From Phaeosaccion multiseriatum (taxonomy: Eukaryota > Protista > Ochrophyta, other classes), in the NCBI GenBank assembly GCA_965112735.1, contig OZ218959.1, positions 806,001-870,000 on the forward strand: a DNA stretch of 64,000 nucleotides. The letters are read 5' to 3'. The notes beneath the pieces are model-generated. The model was not told the DNA's origin and made no database searches. It saw only the letters and a program-made list of their open reading frames with translations. Shown here in pieces: positions 1-10,600 of the stretch. A program made the translations under genes and the position numbers. Within the stretch, counting starts at the first letter, position 1; each line of letters opens with the position of its first letter.

Positions 1-588
1 TTGCTCGCGAGGTGTCTGTTGCGTCTCTTCGGCGTTCCTGTTGCGCGAGACGGCCTCCAGCAGCTTGTCCAGACGTTGGTGCGGGAGGCCAAGCCTCTGG
101 AAGCGTCCACCGTTCCTGCCGAGGTGAACCAGGCGCTCGCCAGGCTGCTCACCAAGCTGGCGGAACTCTCTCTGTGTCTGGCGCAGGTGACGGGGCAGGC
201 CACGGATGAGCAAGCCTTGGTTACGGGCCTGCTGGCGGTGCTGCGGCCAGAGGTCGAGATTCGGCTTCGTCACGGCTCGTTGCCATTAACTGACGGCATG
301 ACCAACTTCTGGCTGCGCTGGGAGTCGGCGACTCCCTCGTGGAGTGATTTCTACGCCGCCTTCCAGAAGGCATTTCCTTCCGCGACTCGGGTGCTCCAGG
401 CTGGTAGCCCACTTACGCTCTCTTCTACTGGTGGGGCTACGCGGGCCCGTGGTGGTGGTGGTGGTGGTCTGCGCACTCCGCGCGGGGGAGTGGCCGTGAA
501 TGCGGTGGAGCAGCATCTGGAAGTGGCCGTGAATTCGGTGGAGCAGCATCTGGACCATCAGCCGTCACAGGAGGTGGGGGTGAATGCA

Positions 589-623
<35 letters not shown>

Positions 624-924
624 GGCGCAGCAGCCGCGGCTCACGCCCACCCAGCAGCGGCCCTTGCTGTTCCACGGCTCGGTGAAGCAGCGTGGCAACG
701 GCAATGCCCCATTTAACTGCATGACTTGTCGCCGCGCCGGCCATGGATGGATAGAATGCAACGCCATCCCCGCTACGCGTGAGGAGCTGCTCGGCATTGT
801 GAGTCGCGTGCAGCGGCGGCAGGCGGTCAGAGCGCAGCACCAGGAGTCCGACATGTCTGAAGCCGTAGCAGCAATGGTGGCGGGCACTCTGGCGGCGCAG
901 GACGGGTTCAAGTTCGAAGGCTGA
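1..924 (+). CDS. gag: Gag (5'-partial) with CCHC zinc knuckle
   Basis: CMTCRRAGHGWIEC (C-x2-C-x4-H-x4-C) at about 718-759; lies upstream of protease and pol. Confidence 0.8.
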
Positions 925-976
925 CGGTGCCCCGGGGCTGCTTGGCCAGCAGCCCTGGGGCCCACGACCGCAGCGC

Positions 977-3412
977 GTGAGGATAGCGTCGGCGTGGGGG
1001 AACAGGGGGAGGGCGGGCAAGAGCAGTGTAGAAGATAATGAATGTACTTCGCACCTATCTTGTTTGTCAGACCCACCTTTGCCCCATGCCGACGCTCAGC
1101 GTAGGAGCGGTCAGGCTAGTCGTGTAGAGCAGGAGTCACCTGCCATCAGAGTTTATCGGAGTGACATGTGGTGTGGCGACAGACTCAAACGTGCTCGGCT
1201 ACAACGGCAACAGCAACAGCAGCAGCAGCTGCAGCAGCAGCAGCTGCAGCAGCAGCAGCAGCAGCAGCAGCGCCGTGTCGTAGAGGCAGTCGTGGAGGGT
1301 GCGCACAGAGAGGCTGTGCCTGCGCCGTCCGCGGTCGAGCAGCTGCCAGCGTCGGAGCGGCAGCTGCCGCAGCCGCAGCGCCAGCAGCCGGAGCGGCAGC
1401 TAGCGCAGCAGCCGGGTCCTGTGGTACGCTCTGTGGTCGAGCAGTCGCGGGGCACTGACGGCCCGGATGCAGTCGTTGCTGGTGAGCACACGGCGATGAC
1501 GGCGGTACAGCAGCAGGCGCAGCGTGCAGTAGAGGTAGTCGTGGAGGGCGCGCACCAGGAGGCTGCGCCAGCGGCTTCCGCAGTCGAGCAGCTGCCGCCG
1601 CCGGAGCAGCAGCAGCAGCAGCAGCAGCAGCCGTGTCCAGTGGTACGCTCCGTGTGCTTAGTCGAAGCACCGCAGCCCGGCTCTGCCGTCGAGCCGTCGA
1701 GCGGACCTGACGTCGCGCTGCCGCTGCCTCTGCGCCAGGAGGATGCAGTCGTTGCGGGTGAGTGTCCGGAGCAGCAGGTGCCACCGTCGGCAGTGGGGGA
1801 GGTTGAGTGCGAGGCGGCAACCGTTGCGCAACACGAGTCTGTCTGGATGGATGCAAGGGGTTTGGAGCGGGTGCGTGCGTGTGCCTTCCCGGAACAGCGC
1901 GCACTGCGTGCGGCGAAGGAGCGGCAACAGCGGCTGGGACAGCAGCAGCAGCTGCTGCAGCAGCAGCCGCAGGTGGCGGGGGGGCAGCAGGAGCAATTGG
2001 AGCAGCAGCAGGGTCATGCTGTCGAGGCTGCCGTCCAGGTTGCAAAAGCCAGCCCACCGTCAAGCGATGAGCTTCAGCCTCAGCAGCTGTGCTCCCTGGT
2101 GACGCCTCGCCAGACCAAGGCCATGGGCCTCGTGCGGGCCTTACCGCTCGGGGCAGCATCTCTTCCGCCATTCACTCCCACGGGGGAACATGAACAGTGG
2201 GCGTGGCAGGTTCAGCTTCAGCAGCAGGAGGAGGTTCAGCTTCAGCAGCAGGAGCAGAGCCTTCGGACCCTGCCGCTGACGTCTCCAGCGGTGCCTCCGG
2301 CGGAGGGGCGGAGCAGGACTGAGCAGAGGGTGGCAGCAAAGTGGTTGAGACGGCGTGCCCAGCAGGCGAAGGCAGCGCTGCGCAAGGGTGACGAGCAGGC
2401 GGCACAGGAGCAGCAGGATGCAGCGAGGCGCGCAGTAGCTCTTCGACGGCGGGTACGGAGGAAGCAGCGGAGGCAGCGTGCTCGTGCGACAGCAGCAGCA
2501 CAGCAGCATCAGCAGGAGGCTGCTTTCACGGCGGTGTTGACGGAGGAGGCGGGGCTGCACACGCTTGCCCTTGATCCGTTTGTGCGTGCTTGTCATGCAG
2601 TAGCCTTGGAGCCTGGCGCGGGAGTCGCTCTGCTCAAGGAGCCCCCCAGTCCGGGAGCTTGTGCCTGTGCGTCGGCTGTTGACAGTGAGTGTGATATGTG
2701 TGAGGGGTGTGTGCAACGCGCTGCCTTGGCTCTCTACCGTGTGCGGATGGAGGACGCTCCGGGGGGGGTGGCCGCCTTGCAGACAGCAGTGCGGAGAGCT
2801 GAGATTGCCGAAGCGGTGGCTGCCACGGGTCGTACGGCAGTCCCAGCAGGGCGGGGCCACACGATCGAGGTTACGGTGCGCTCGCCAGTGAAGGTCAGTG
2901 ACGCTCGGCATTGCTTGGCTGCTACCGCTCCACGGGATGCCAGTGCCGCCGACGCCGTGGAGAAGAGCGCCTTTACAGCCTTGATGGACAGTGGGTGCAC
3001 AGGAGCGGGCTGCATCTCGACAGCCTGCTTCAATCAACTGGTGGCGGATGGCACGGTGGAGCGGTCAGAGCTCGCCACGCAGAAGGGGGTGCAGGTGTCT
3101 TACGCTGACAATCGTGCCAAGACTATGTCCAGAGGGCTTGTTTGGCTTCAGGTGGGACTCACGCCGACGTGCCAGCCGGTGCTACCCTTTCATGTGGTGG
3201 ACCACTTGGCGCGGCCCATCTTCTTGGGGCAGGATTTCTTCACCCAAGTAGGGGCAGTCGTCGATCATCGTGCGAAGCAGCTCTACGTACTTCCGACTCC
3301 TTCGGAGGAGGCCACGTCGGATGCTCGTCCGTCCGATGCCTTGGCTGTGCAAGTGCTGGCAGTGGTGGACGGCAACGCTGCTGTTGGGGGGTACGTGCTG
3401 TGGAGGCTTTGA
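977..3412 (+). CDS. Q/A-rich spacer plus retropepsin aspartic protease (frame open from 869, +1 relative to gag)
   Basis: ALMDSGCTG active site (D at 2987) and downstream PIFLGQDFF flap motif. Confidence 0.8.
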   Translation: MRIASAWGNRGRAGKSSVEDNECTSHLSCLSDPPLPHADAQRRSGQASRVEQESPAIRVYRSDMWCGDRLKRARLQRQQQQQQQLQQQQLQQQQQQQQRRVVEAVVEGAHREAVPAPSAVEQLPASERQLPQPQRQQPERQLAQQPGPVVRSVVEQSRGTDGPDAVVAGEHTAMTAVQQQAQRAVEVVVEGAHQEAAPAASAVEQLPPPEQQQQQQQQPCPVVRSVCLVEAPQPGSAVEPSSGPDVALPLPLRQEDAVVAGECPEQQVPPSAVGEVECEAATVAQHESVWMDARGLERVRACAFPEQRALRAAKERQQRLGQQQQLLQQQPQVAGGQQEQLEQQQGHAVEAAVQVAKASPPSSDELQPQQLCSLVTPRQTKAMGLVRALPLGAASLPPFTPTGEHEQWAWQVQLQQQEEVQLQQQEQSLRTLPLTSPAVPPAEGRSRTEQRVAAKWLRRRAQQAKAALRKGDEQAAQEQQDAARRAVALRRRVRRKQRRQRARATAAAQQHQQEAAFTAVLTEEAGLHTLALDPFVRACHAVALEPGAGVALLKEPPSPGACACASAVDSECDMCEGCVQRAALALYRVRMEDAPGGVAALQTAVRRAEIAEAVAATGRTAVPAGRGHTIEVTVRSPVKVSDARHCLAATAPRDASAADAVEKSAFTALMDSGCTGAGCISTACFNQLVADGTVERSELATQKGVQVSYADNRAKTMSRGLVWLQVGLTPTCQPVLPFHVVDHLARPIFLGQDFFTQVGAVVDHRAKQLYVLPTPSEEATSDARPSDALAVQVLAVVDGNAAVGGYVLWRL

Positions 3413-4668
3413 GCTTGGGACCTGGACAGACGGGGTCCCTTCTCCTCGAGCTTACGGGTATCGTTGAGGGTGTCCAGGCGGTGGTGGAGCTGGGCGCTCA
3501 CGGACACTTGGCGGCAGAGGCGGACGTTCTATGGTGGCTGGAGCACGAGCAGGTTCTAGTGGCGCACAAAGATGGTGTGTATGCTGGGGGGCAGAGTTAC
3601 CGAATCACAGTGCAGAATCACCACAATCAGGTCATTGTGGTCGTTCCTGGGCAGGTCATCGGCACCGCTTCTTGCTTGCTCGACTCGGAGGCGAGCGCTG
3701 AGGTGGCCGCGCTCATGCTCGCTGAGCCGGCTTCTTCAGATACCATGCCGGAGACTGCAGCGGCCCCCTCCTCCTGGCTTGGTGCTCTTGGCGGGATGGT
3801 GAGGCGTGTGGTGAAGCGCAGGCTGCCATGGTCCAAGGCGCGGGAGGCGGTTGAGTCTGTGGTGGAGGAGGAGGCGTCGCAGCAGCCGGCTGAAGCTGAA
3901 GCAGGAGCTGAGCCGGTCTGGTGCCCACCGCAGGGGCCTGTAGTTCGCTGCTCGGTGGTACCAGAGGAGGCTGAGCTGGGGGCTACGGCGCTTCCGCTGC
4001 AAGCTGTGCAGGTGCAGGCCCTGACGCACCCACGGACTGAGGTGGGGGTGCCATCGACTCTGGTGCCTCAGCCGGCAGTGAAGGCCCGGTTTCAGCATTT
4101 GCAGCGCAGCGGCAAGAAGGGGAGTCAGTGTCGTCAGAGTCGAGTGGGTGCTGGGCGGTTGCAGCGGCAACGTCGGAGAGTGGCATCAATGCTTGTGGAG
4201 TCTCCTGTGCTGTGGGACCAGGTTCATCGGCAAGCAGTGTTGGAGCGCCATGAGCAAGTGCGACGACAAGTTTTGCCGCTGCGACGGGAGCTGTGCGCTG
4301 ACGGCTCCTGCGCCTGGCATCACCGAGGGCTTCGTCTCGCTTGGGGGAGCGACTTGGGGCAACGACAGGTGCCGCGGGAGCGTCGCGTGCCCTTGGCGCC
4401 CTCCTGGGGGGGACAGTGCGAGTGCCGGCCAGACGAGCTGACACACCACGAGTGGACTCGAAGGAGGAGACAGCAGCCTGGTTGGCAACGCAGCAGGCCA
4501 AGCGGTTACAAGCGGCACAGCAGCAGGCACGGCAGCAACGCCAGTGGGCATTGCAGCGACGGCACAAGGCCCAGCGGGAAGAGCTCTTTAAGCGAGCGGA
4601 TTCGTCGGCAGCTCAGCAGGTTCAGCGGTCCAATGCGGTACAGCAGCAGGTGGCTCCGGCGGCGGTAG
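3142..4668 (+). CDS. Post-protease segment of the element-1 polyprotein (frameshifted piece; probably real only from about 3390 to 4410)
   Basis: RITVQNHHNQVIVVVPGQVIG resembles the beta-rich region that follows the protease in many Gypsy Pols. Frame changes coincide with G6 (3386-3391) and G7 (4406-4412) runs. Confidence 0.55.
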   Translation: MASGGTHADVPAGATLSCGGPLGAAHLLGAGFLHPSRGSRRSSCEAALRTSDSFGGGHVGCSSVRCLGCASAGSGGRQRCCWGVRAVEALSLGPGQTGSLLLELTGIVEGVQAVVELGAHGHLAAEADVLWWLEHEQVLVAHKDGVYAGGQSYRITVQNHHNQVIVVVPGQVIGTASCLLDSEASAEVAALMLAEPASSDTMPETAAAPSSWLGALGGMVRRVVKRRLPWSKAREAVESVVEEEASQQPAEAEAGAEPVWCPPQGPVVRCSVVPEEAELGATALPLQAVQVQALTHPRTEVGVPSTLVPQPAVKARFQHLQRSGKKGSQCRQSRVGAGRLQRQRRRVASMLVESPVLWDQVHRQAVLERHEQVRRQVLPLRRELCADGSCAWHHRGLRLAWGSDLGQRQVPRERRVPLAPSWGGQCECRPDELTHHEWTRRRRQQPGWQRSRPSGYKRHSSRHGSNASGHCSDGTRPSGKSSLSERIRRQLSRFSGPMRYSSRWLRRR

Positions 4669-7600
4669 CGCGACGCCGTCAGACACAGTTGCAGGAGCCC
4701 CGACCGCCTCGTACAGGCCAGCTGCAGGTCCACCACGTGGCGGGGGCTGATGATTCCACCAGCAGGCCTGCGCCAGGGGCGGCATCGTCAGTGGCGTCGG
4801 AGGAACCGCCACTACGGTCCGAGGCAGGTTCATCGTCGGCGGCGGTGGGCACATCATTGACTGACCTACGCGGTGATGGGTGGGTACTGGATGCGGATGG
4901 TGCCTTGCGACTCGGTAGCCAGAGTGACACGTCCGGTGGGACTCTGATGGCAGGAGTGCAGTTGATCAAGGAGTGGTACCCTCACCTGTCAGAGCGAGTG
5001 TATGGACGTCTGCGCGAGTGCTTGGTTGCGGCAGAGGAAGGGGCTGTGACCGCGCTACTGCTCCTGCGCCCCCATGTACACCAAGCCGCTGGCACGGGTC
5101 TGAGCGGCGTTGGGGACGTTGCTGTGGCCGCATGGGCCCAACAGCTCTTGTCGTTGTGGTCTAGTCGCCCATTACAGCAGCAGGAGAAGGTGGAGCAGGA
5201 TATGACCAATGCGCTGCTGCTCCTCATCCAATTGCGAACGGTGCTGCAGGAGAGTCGCTGTCTTGGTGGGGGAGTGGAGTCGTGGGATGCAGGAGAGCTT
5301 GTGGTGGAGCAGCGGCGCCGTGCCAAGCTCACTACGGAGAGGGCTCAGTTCTGGCTCAGGGAGCTACCGTCGCCCCTGCACGCTATCACGATTGGCGACG
5401 GTGCCTGGACGGAGGTGCAACGCTGGGGACTGGTGGCGATCCTTCGCGCTCGGTCGCAAGCATTCTGTCAGAGGCCTGGTGACTACGGTCGGACGGATAC
5501 TCTCTTCTTTGAGTGGGGACTGAAGGATGCGAATCAGCAGCCCATTCGGAGCTCCGCTCGACGGTATCCTCCACATTTGCGGCGGGGGATTGAGATTGAG
5601 ATTGACAAGCTTCTCGCGGCTGCCATCATTCGCCCCAGCACTTCCAGCTGGGCTACTCCGCTGATGGCGGTCTTGAAGACGGACGCAGCTGGCAAAACCA
5701 AGTGTCATGAGGATGGGACGCCTGTGGTACGTATGACGTGTGACTTGTCTCAGCTGAATGATGCGTGTCGCACGGAGGCCCCTGCGATGCCGGTGATTGA
5801 TGATCTGCTGGCAGAGATGCATGGCTCCAAGGTGTTCTCGGTGATGGACATCATGTCGGGCTACTTCAATGTGCCGATGGCATCAGCAGCGGAAGAGGAC
5901 ATATCCACCTTTGTGTGCCACAGTGGAACTTACGCTTGGCGAGTGATGCCGCAGGGCGCGAAGAATGCGCCTGCAGTCTTTGTGCGGCTTATGAACAAGG
6001 TGCTCAAGGGGCTTCAGGAGCATGTGGCATGCTTTGTGGACGATATTGCTGTGTTTTCGGCTACGGTTGAGCAGCATCTGGAGCATTTGGATGCTGTGCT
6101 TGCGCGGTTGGTGGAGCACAAGCTCAAGTTGGAGCCGAGTAAGGCTGTATTGGGTGCACCGGAGGTGCGGTTCTGCGGGCATTTGCTGGATCAGAATGGG
6201 GTGCGCACAGACCCGGCCAAGCATGCGGCGGTGCAAGAGCTGGTCAAGCCGTTGAGGTTGCTTGCGAAGGATGGCGGCGTCAATCGAGTTAAGCAGGTGC
6301 GGCGTTTCATTGGCATGCTCAGCTACTTTCGCCGTTTCATTCCGGAGTTTGCGCGCAAAGTGCGGCCCCTCAATGGGCTGCTGCGTAAGGGCGTCGACGT
6401 GAGCACCGCCTGGAATGCCTCGCACGATGCAGCTTGGGATGGACTCGTTGCCGACTTGTTGTCTTCCCCTGCACTGGCTTTTCCGGAGTACGGGCCAGCG
6501 ACGACTTTCACCCTGAGTACCGATGCCTCGACGGAAGGGTTAGCAGGAGTGCTCTCTCAGAAAGATGCGACCGGGGAGGAGCGTGTGGTGACGTTCATCA
6601 GTCGGGCTACCACGGAGACGGAGGCGCGACTGAGCAGCACGGAGCTGGAGCTGCTGGCAGTGGTGTGGTGTGTGCGCAAACTGGCCATGTACATCTGCCA
6701 CTACCCCACCACAGTGGTGACGGACCATCAGCCCTTGTTGTGGTTGGCTGGGCACAAGGATACCAATTCCAAGCTGTTCAGATGGTACGAGCGGCTCTCT
6801 ACGCACCACTTGCAGTTTGTGCATCGTCCCGGGAAGCAAATGGTGGTGCCTGACTGCCTCTCTCGCAACGCGCTTCCGGTGCAGGAGTGGGAGACGCATG
6901 CGGGGGTAGACTTGGCCATGGTTGCGTGCGAGTGGCCGTCGCCCTTGCACACCTGGTGTGCTTCGATGGGGGTGCAGTTGAACCTGGTGGAGATGGTAGG
7001 GGACGAGTGCAGCCTTCATTGGGAGGAGCCCACGGAGGGCGCACTGCTTCGCTTTCTCGCAGTGGCGCAACAGCTGCAGGGCGAAGCCGACACACGCCTT
7101 CCTATTCCTGTGCCTGCCGTGACGGCCCAGCAACAGCAGCAACGGTGCCACCACCAGCAGCAGAGCGGAGCGGAGGCCCTACAAGCCTGGCAGACTGCAG
7201 AGGTGGACTTGGCGGCGACGCAGTCACGCAGGGGTACTGCTCGGCGTGCTTGGACACAGCGTCTTCAGCAATGTGGATGGCAGCCTACGCGAGCACCCCA
7301 GCTGGGTGTGAAGAAGGCTGTGATAGAGGCCTGGCAGCTGGGTCAGATGCCGCCATTTGTGAGTCACATTTCCGCAGCGAGGTGCACGTACGTGTCTACG
7401 CCGAGGCACGTGCAGGCTCTATCGACTCAGTTGCGCTCAGCCAAAGTGGTCGCTATGGATTCGGAGTGGGCGCGTCACCGACGGCGCGCGTCGCTGCTGC
7501 AATTGGCCGTGCAGGTTGGGCCGCTGCCGGATGTGGCGCGTGACTATGGGCTCTTGATTGATCTAGACGCGCTTCAGAAGGCGGGGGGTATGATGGTACT

Positions 7601-10600
7601 GGCGCAAGTGTTGCGGGACCTGTGGACCGAACCCTCGATTGTGAAGCTGGCTCACCACTGGAGTCACGACCAACGTGCCCTGGGCCGATGGCCGGAGCTC
7701 GCGGAGCATGTCCAGCACATCGTCAACTTGGTGGACACCAGTGACCTCTTTAAGCGCGTGTGCCCCGAACATACTCAGTTCATCGGACTCCAGGACCTTG
7801 TCAGCATGTTTTTGGAGCAACACCTTAGCAAGGAGGAGCGGGCCACCGATTGGACGAAGCGGCCGCTGTCCGCCGCTCAACGGGAGTACGCGTTTGCTGA
7901 CGCTGCGGCGCTCCTCCGCCTCTGGCCTCGCATGGCGGAGTGTGTGCCGTTCGTCCATGGTGGCCCGGGGGTGGAGCTTAGCGCGATGAGCCCTGCTCAC
8001 ACCCCTGCGGAGCAGGAGGAGATGCAAGTCGGCAGGTTCATGCAGGCCGCGGTTGGTTATTGGGGCGATCGCGACCACGTGTCACCGCTCTACATCTTTG
8101 GTGTCCACTCCAAGACGTTGGAGGTATTCGACCTGGCCAAACTGCAATTCAAACTGCAGTGCTCGTGGGAGACAATGATGCAGATGGTGGAGCGGTTCAC
8201 GCGGACATATAAGCGCCAGCGGAAGGTGGTGGGCGCGTTGGCCAGTCATCTAGATACCATGATCGAGTTGCCATGGAAGCAAGTCCGTCAGGTGTCGCGT
8301 GACTACTTCTCGATGTGCACACCAGCGGAGGCTCAGCAAACGGGTGCCGCGGCCGCTCATGCGTGGGCTGCATGGGAGGCCGAGCTTGAGGAGGATGCGT
8401 CTCGTCTGCCCTCGGAGGAGCTTGTTACGGAGGAGGGCCGCATCACCCACCCTGGGGAGCCGCCTGCTGCGGAGTCGCCGTCGGAGCCTGGTACGGCAGA
8501 TCTACTGGTCACGGAAGAAGCGGGGGATGCAGGTGATGAAGCTGCGGATGCAGTGGATAATGAAGCTGAGGAGGCAGTGGATTCAGTTTCCAAGGAGCCG
8601 GTGGAGCAGGAGTCCACCTTGCAGCGCGAGCTTGATGGGCATCGACGAGAGGCAGAGCGACAGTTTGGGTGGTCTCTACCAGGCACGGTGCCTGCTGCCG
8701 CGGCGCACAGACGAGCGGCTGGAGCTTTGGGTGGCAGTCTGCATGTCGAGGCCGCGTGGTGGGTGCGTGCGCAGCGGGCTGATGCGGAGCTGGAAGCACT
8801 CCGTCGCCGTGTTCAGGCTGGGCCCACCGGCGGCGTGGTGGATGCAGGTGGGGGTGAGTTCTTTGTGGATGAGGACGGGCTCTTGATGCGTAAGTGGGCT
8901 CCTGGGGGCTTTCGGTGGCGGGTGCGGCACACTCGGCTACAAGTATGTGTGCCCAAGGAGATGCGGCCAGCCTTGCTGCATGCCGCCCACACCGATGCCA
9001 TCGCAGGTGGGCACCAAGGCCCGGGACGTATGCTAGACGCGCTGCAAGAGCGCGTATGGTGGGAGAAGATGAATGCACATGCGCTGTATTGGGCCCGCTC
9101 CTGTCTGGCGTGCCAGACACGCAAGACTCCTCGCCGGCAGCCAAAGCCTGTGCCGCTGTCGTCCATTTCCAAGGTGGATGGACCTTGGGCGGTCATGGGC
9201 GCTGATGTGGCTGGCCCCTTTCCTATGGGCATGGGCGGTGAGGAGTACCTCTTGGTGTTTCAGGATTGGTTCACGAAGTGGACAGTGGTGGTGCCTTTGA
9301 GGGCACAGGACTATACGGCGGAAGGTATTGCTCGGGCCTTCGTGCGGCATGTCGTCACCACCCTGGGTGTGCCCCGAGTGCTGGTGAGTGATCAAGGCTC
9401 GCAGTTCACCAGTGCGCTCATGGGCGATGTGATGCGAGTTCTATCGGCGTCGCAAGTGTTCACGACGCCGATGCACCAACAGGCCAATGGGCAGGTGGAG
9501 CGCTTCATGGCCACGATCAAGGACATGTTGGCGACGACCGTGGAGTCACAGATGCAGCAGTGGCCAGATTACGTCGCCGGGCTCACCTATGCGTACAACT
9601 GCCGCTCGCAGGAGAGCACGGGGATGGCGCCATTCTACGCCTTGTTCGGTCGGCACCCCCCGGTGCCTCTACAGGCGATGCTTCCGGCGCTAGTGGAGGA
9701 CGGGTCGTTTTCGTCTGCCTCGGCATGGGTCCACGAACTGCGGGCACGTCTGGCTGCGGCTGCGGCGGTGGTCAATGGGAGGCGCTGCGACTACCACGGG
9801 AGATTGCAGCTGAAGAACGCCTCACGCCGTTGGCCGACGCCCCTGCGACCCGGAACCAAGGTGATGTTGTATCGTCCTGGTGCCGCCGCCCAGCAAGAAG
9901 GGGAAGAACTCGAAGGGCCCCCGTCAGCGCAACTCAAGGCTCTGCAGCACTCGTGGGATGGTCCTTATACAGTCTTGCCTTGGCCAGCTCTGGGGGCCTA
10001 CTGTGCTCAGCATGGGCGGGTGAGTGAAGAGCACTACCAGGTCATGCAGCGCAGCGCAGTGTATCTGTCTATGAAACGGGTGCGCGGCAATGGTGTGGAG
10101 CAGCTGCAACGGGCGTACCACAGAGACTTGACGAAGCCGTTCATCGATGGGGTGAGCGAGCGACCCTTCGGTCTCCCGGAAGGATTCGCCAGGTATCATA
10201 TCCGTTGGTGCTCTCCTCAGTGGGCTACCAGCGCAATGCAGGAGCAGCGTAGCTTAGAGCTGGACGAGGTGAGTGAAGGGAAAGTGCCCACGCTGGCGAG
10301 GATTGTGAAGTTCCGCTGGCGCAAAGCCACGGGGCTGCCACTGCGGCGAGAGTATAACGTGCGGTGGGCGGTGTCGGACGGCGGCACTTTCCAGACCTGG
10401 GAATGGGCTGAGTGGTTACTGGAGCGGGGACACGCCAAGGCCATAGAGGCGTTCGAGAACGCCCTCCCGCACACTGCCCTTGATCCAGGAGTGAATGTCA
10501 AAAGAGGGCATAGGTCTAAACGGGAAAGCACGATCCGTCTGCGGCAACATGAGAAGTGGGGCAGCGGGCTGGCGCACGAGACGCAATTCTATCGCTCGCA

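Noticed and set aside
3420-3680. dUTPase in element 1
   Set aside because: There is only a vague beta-strand resemblance; the conserved dUTPase motifs are not evident.
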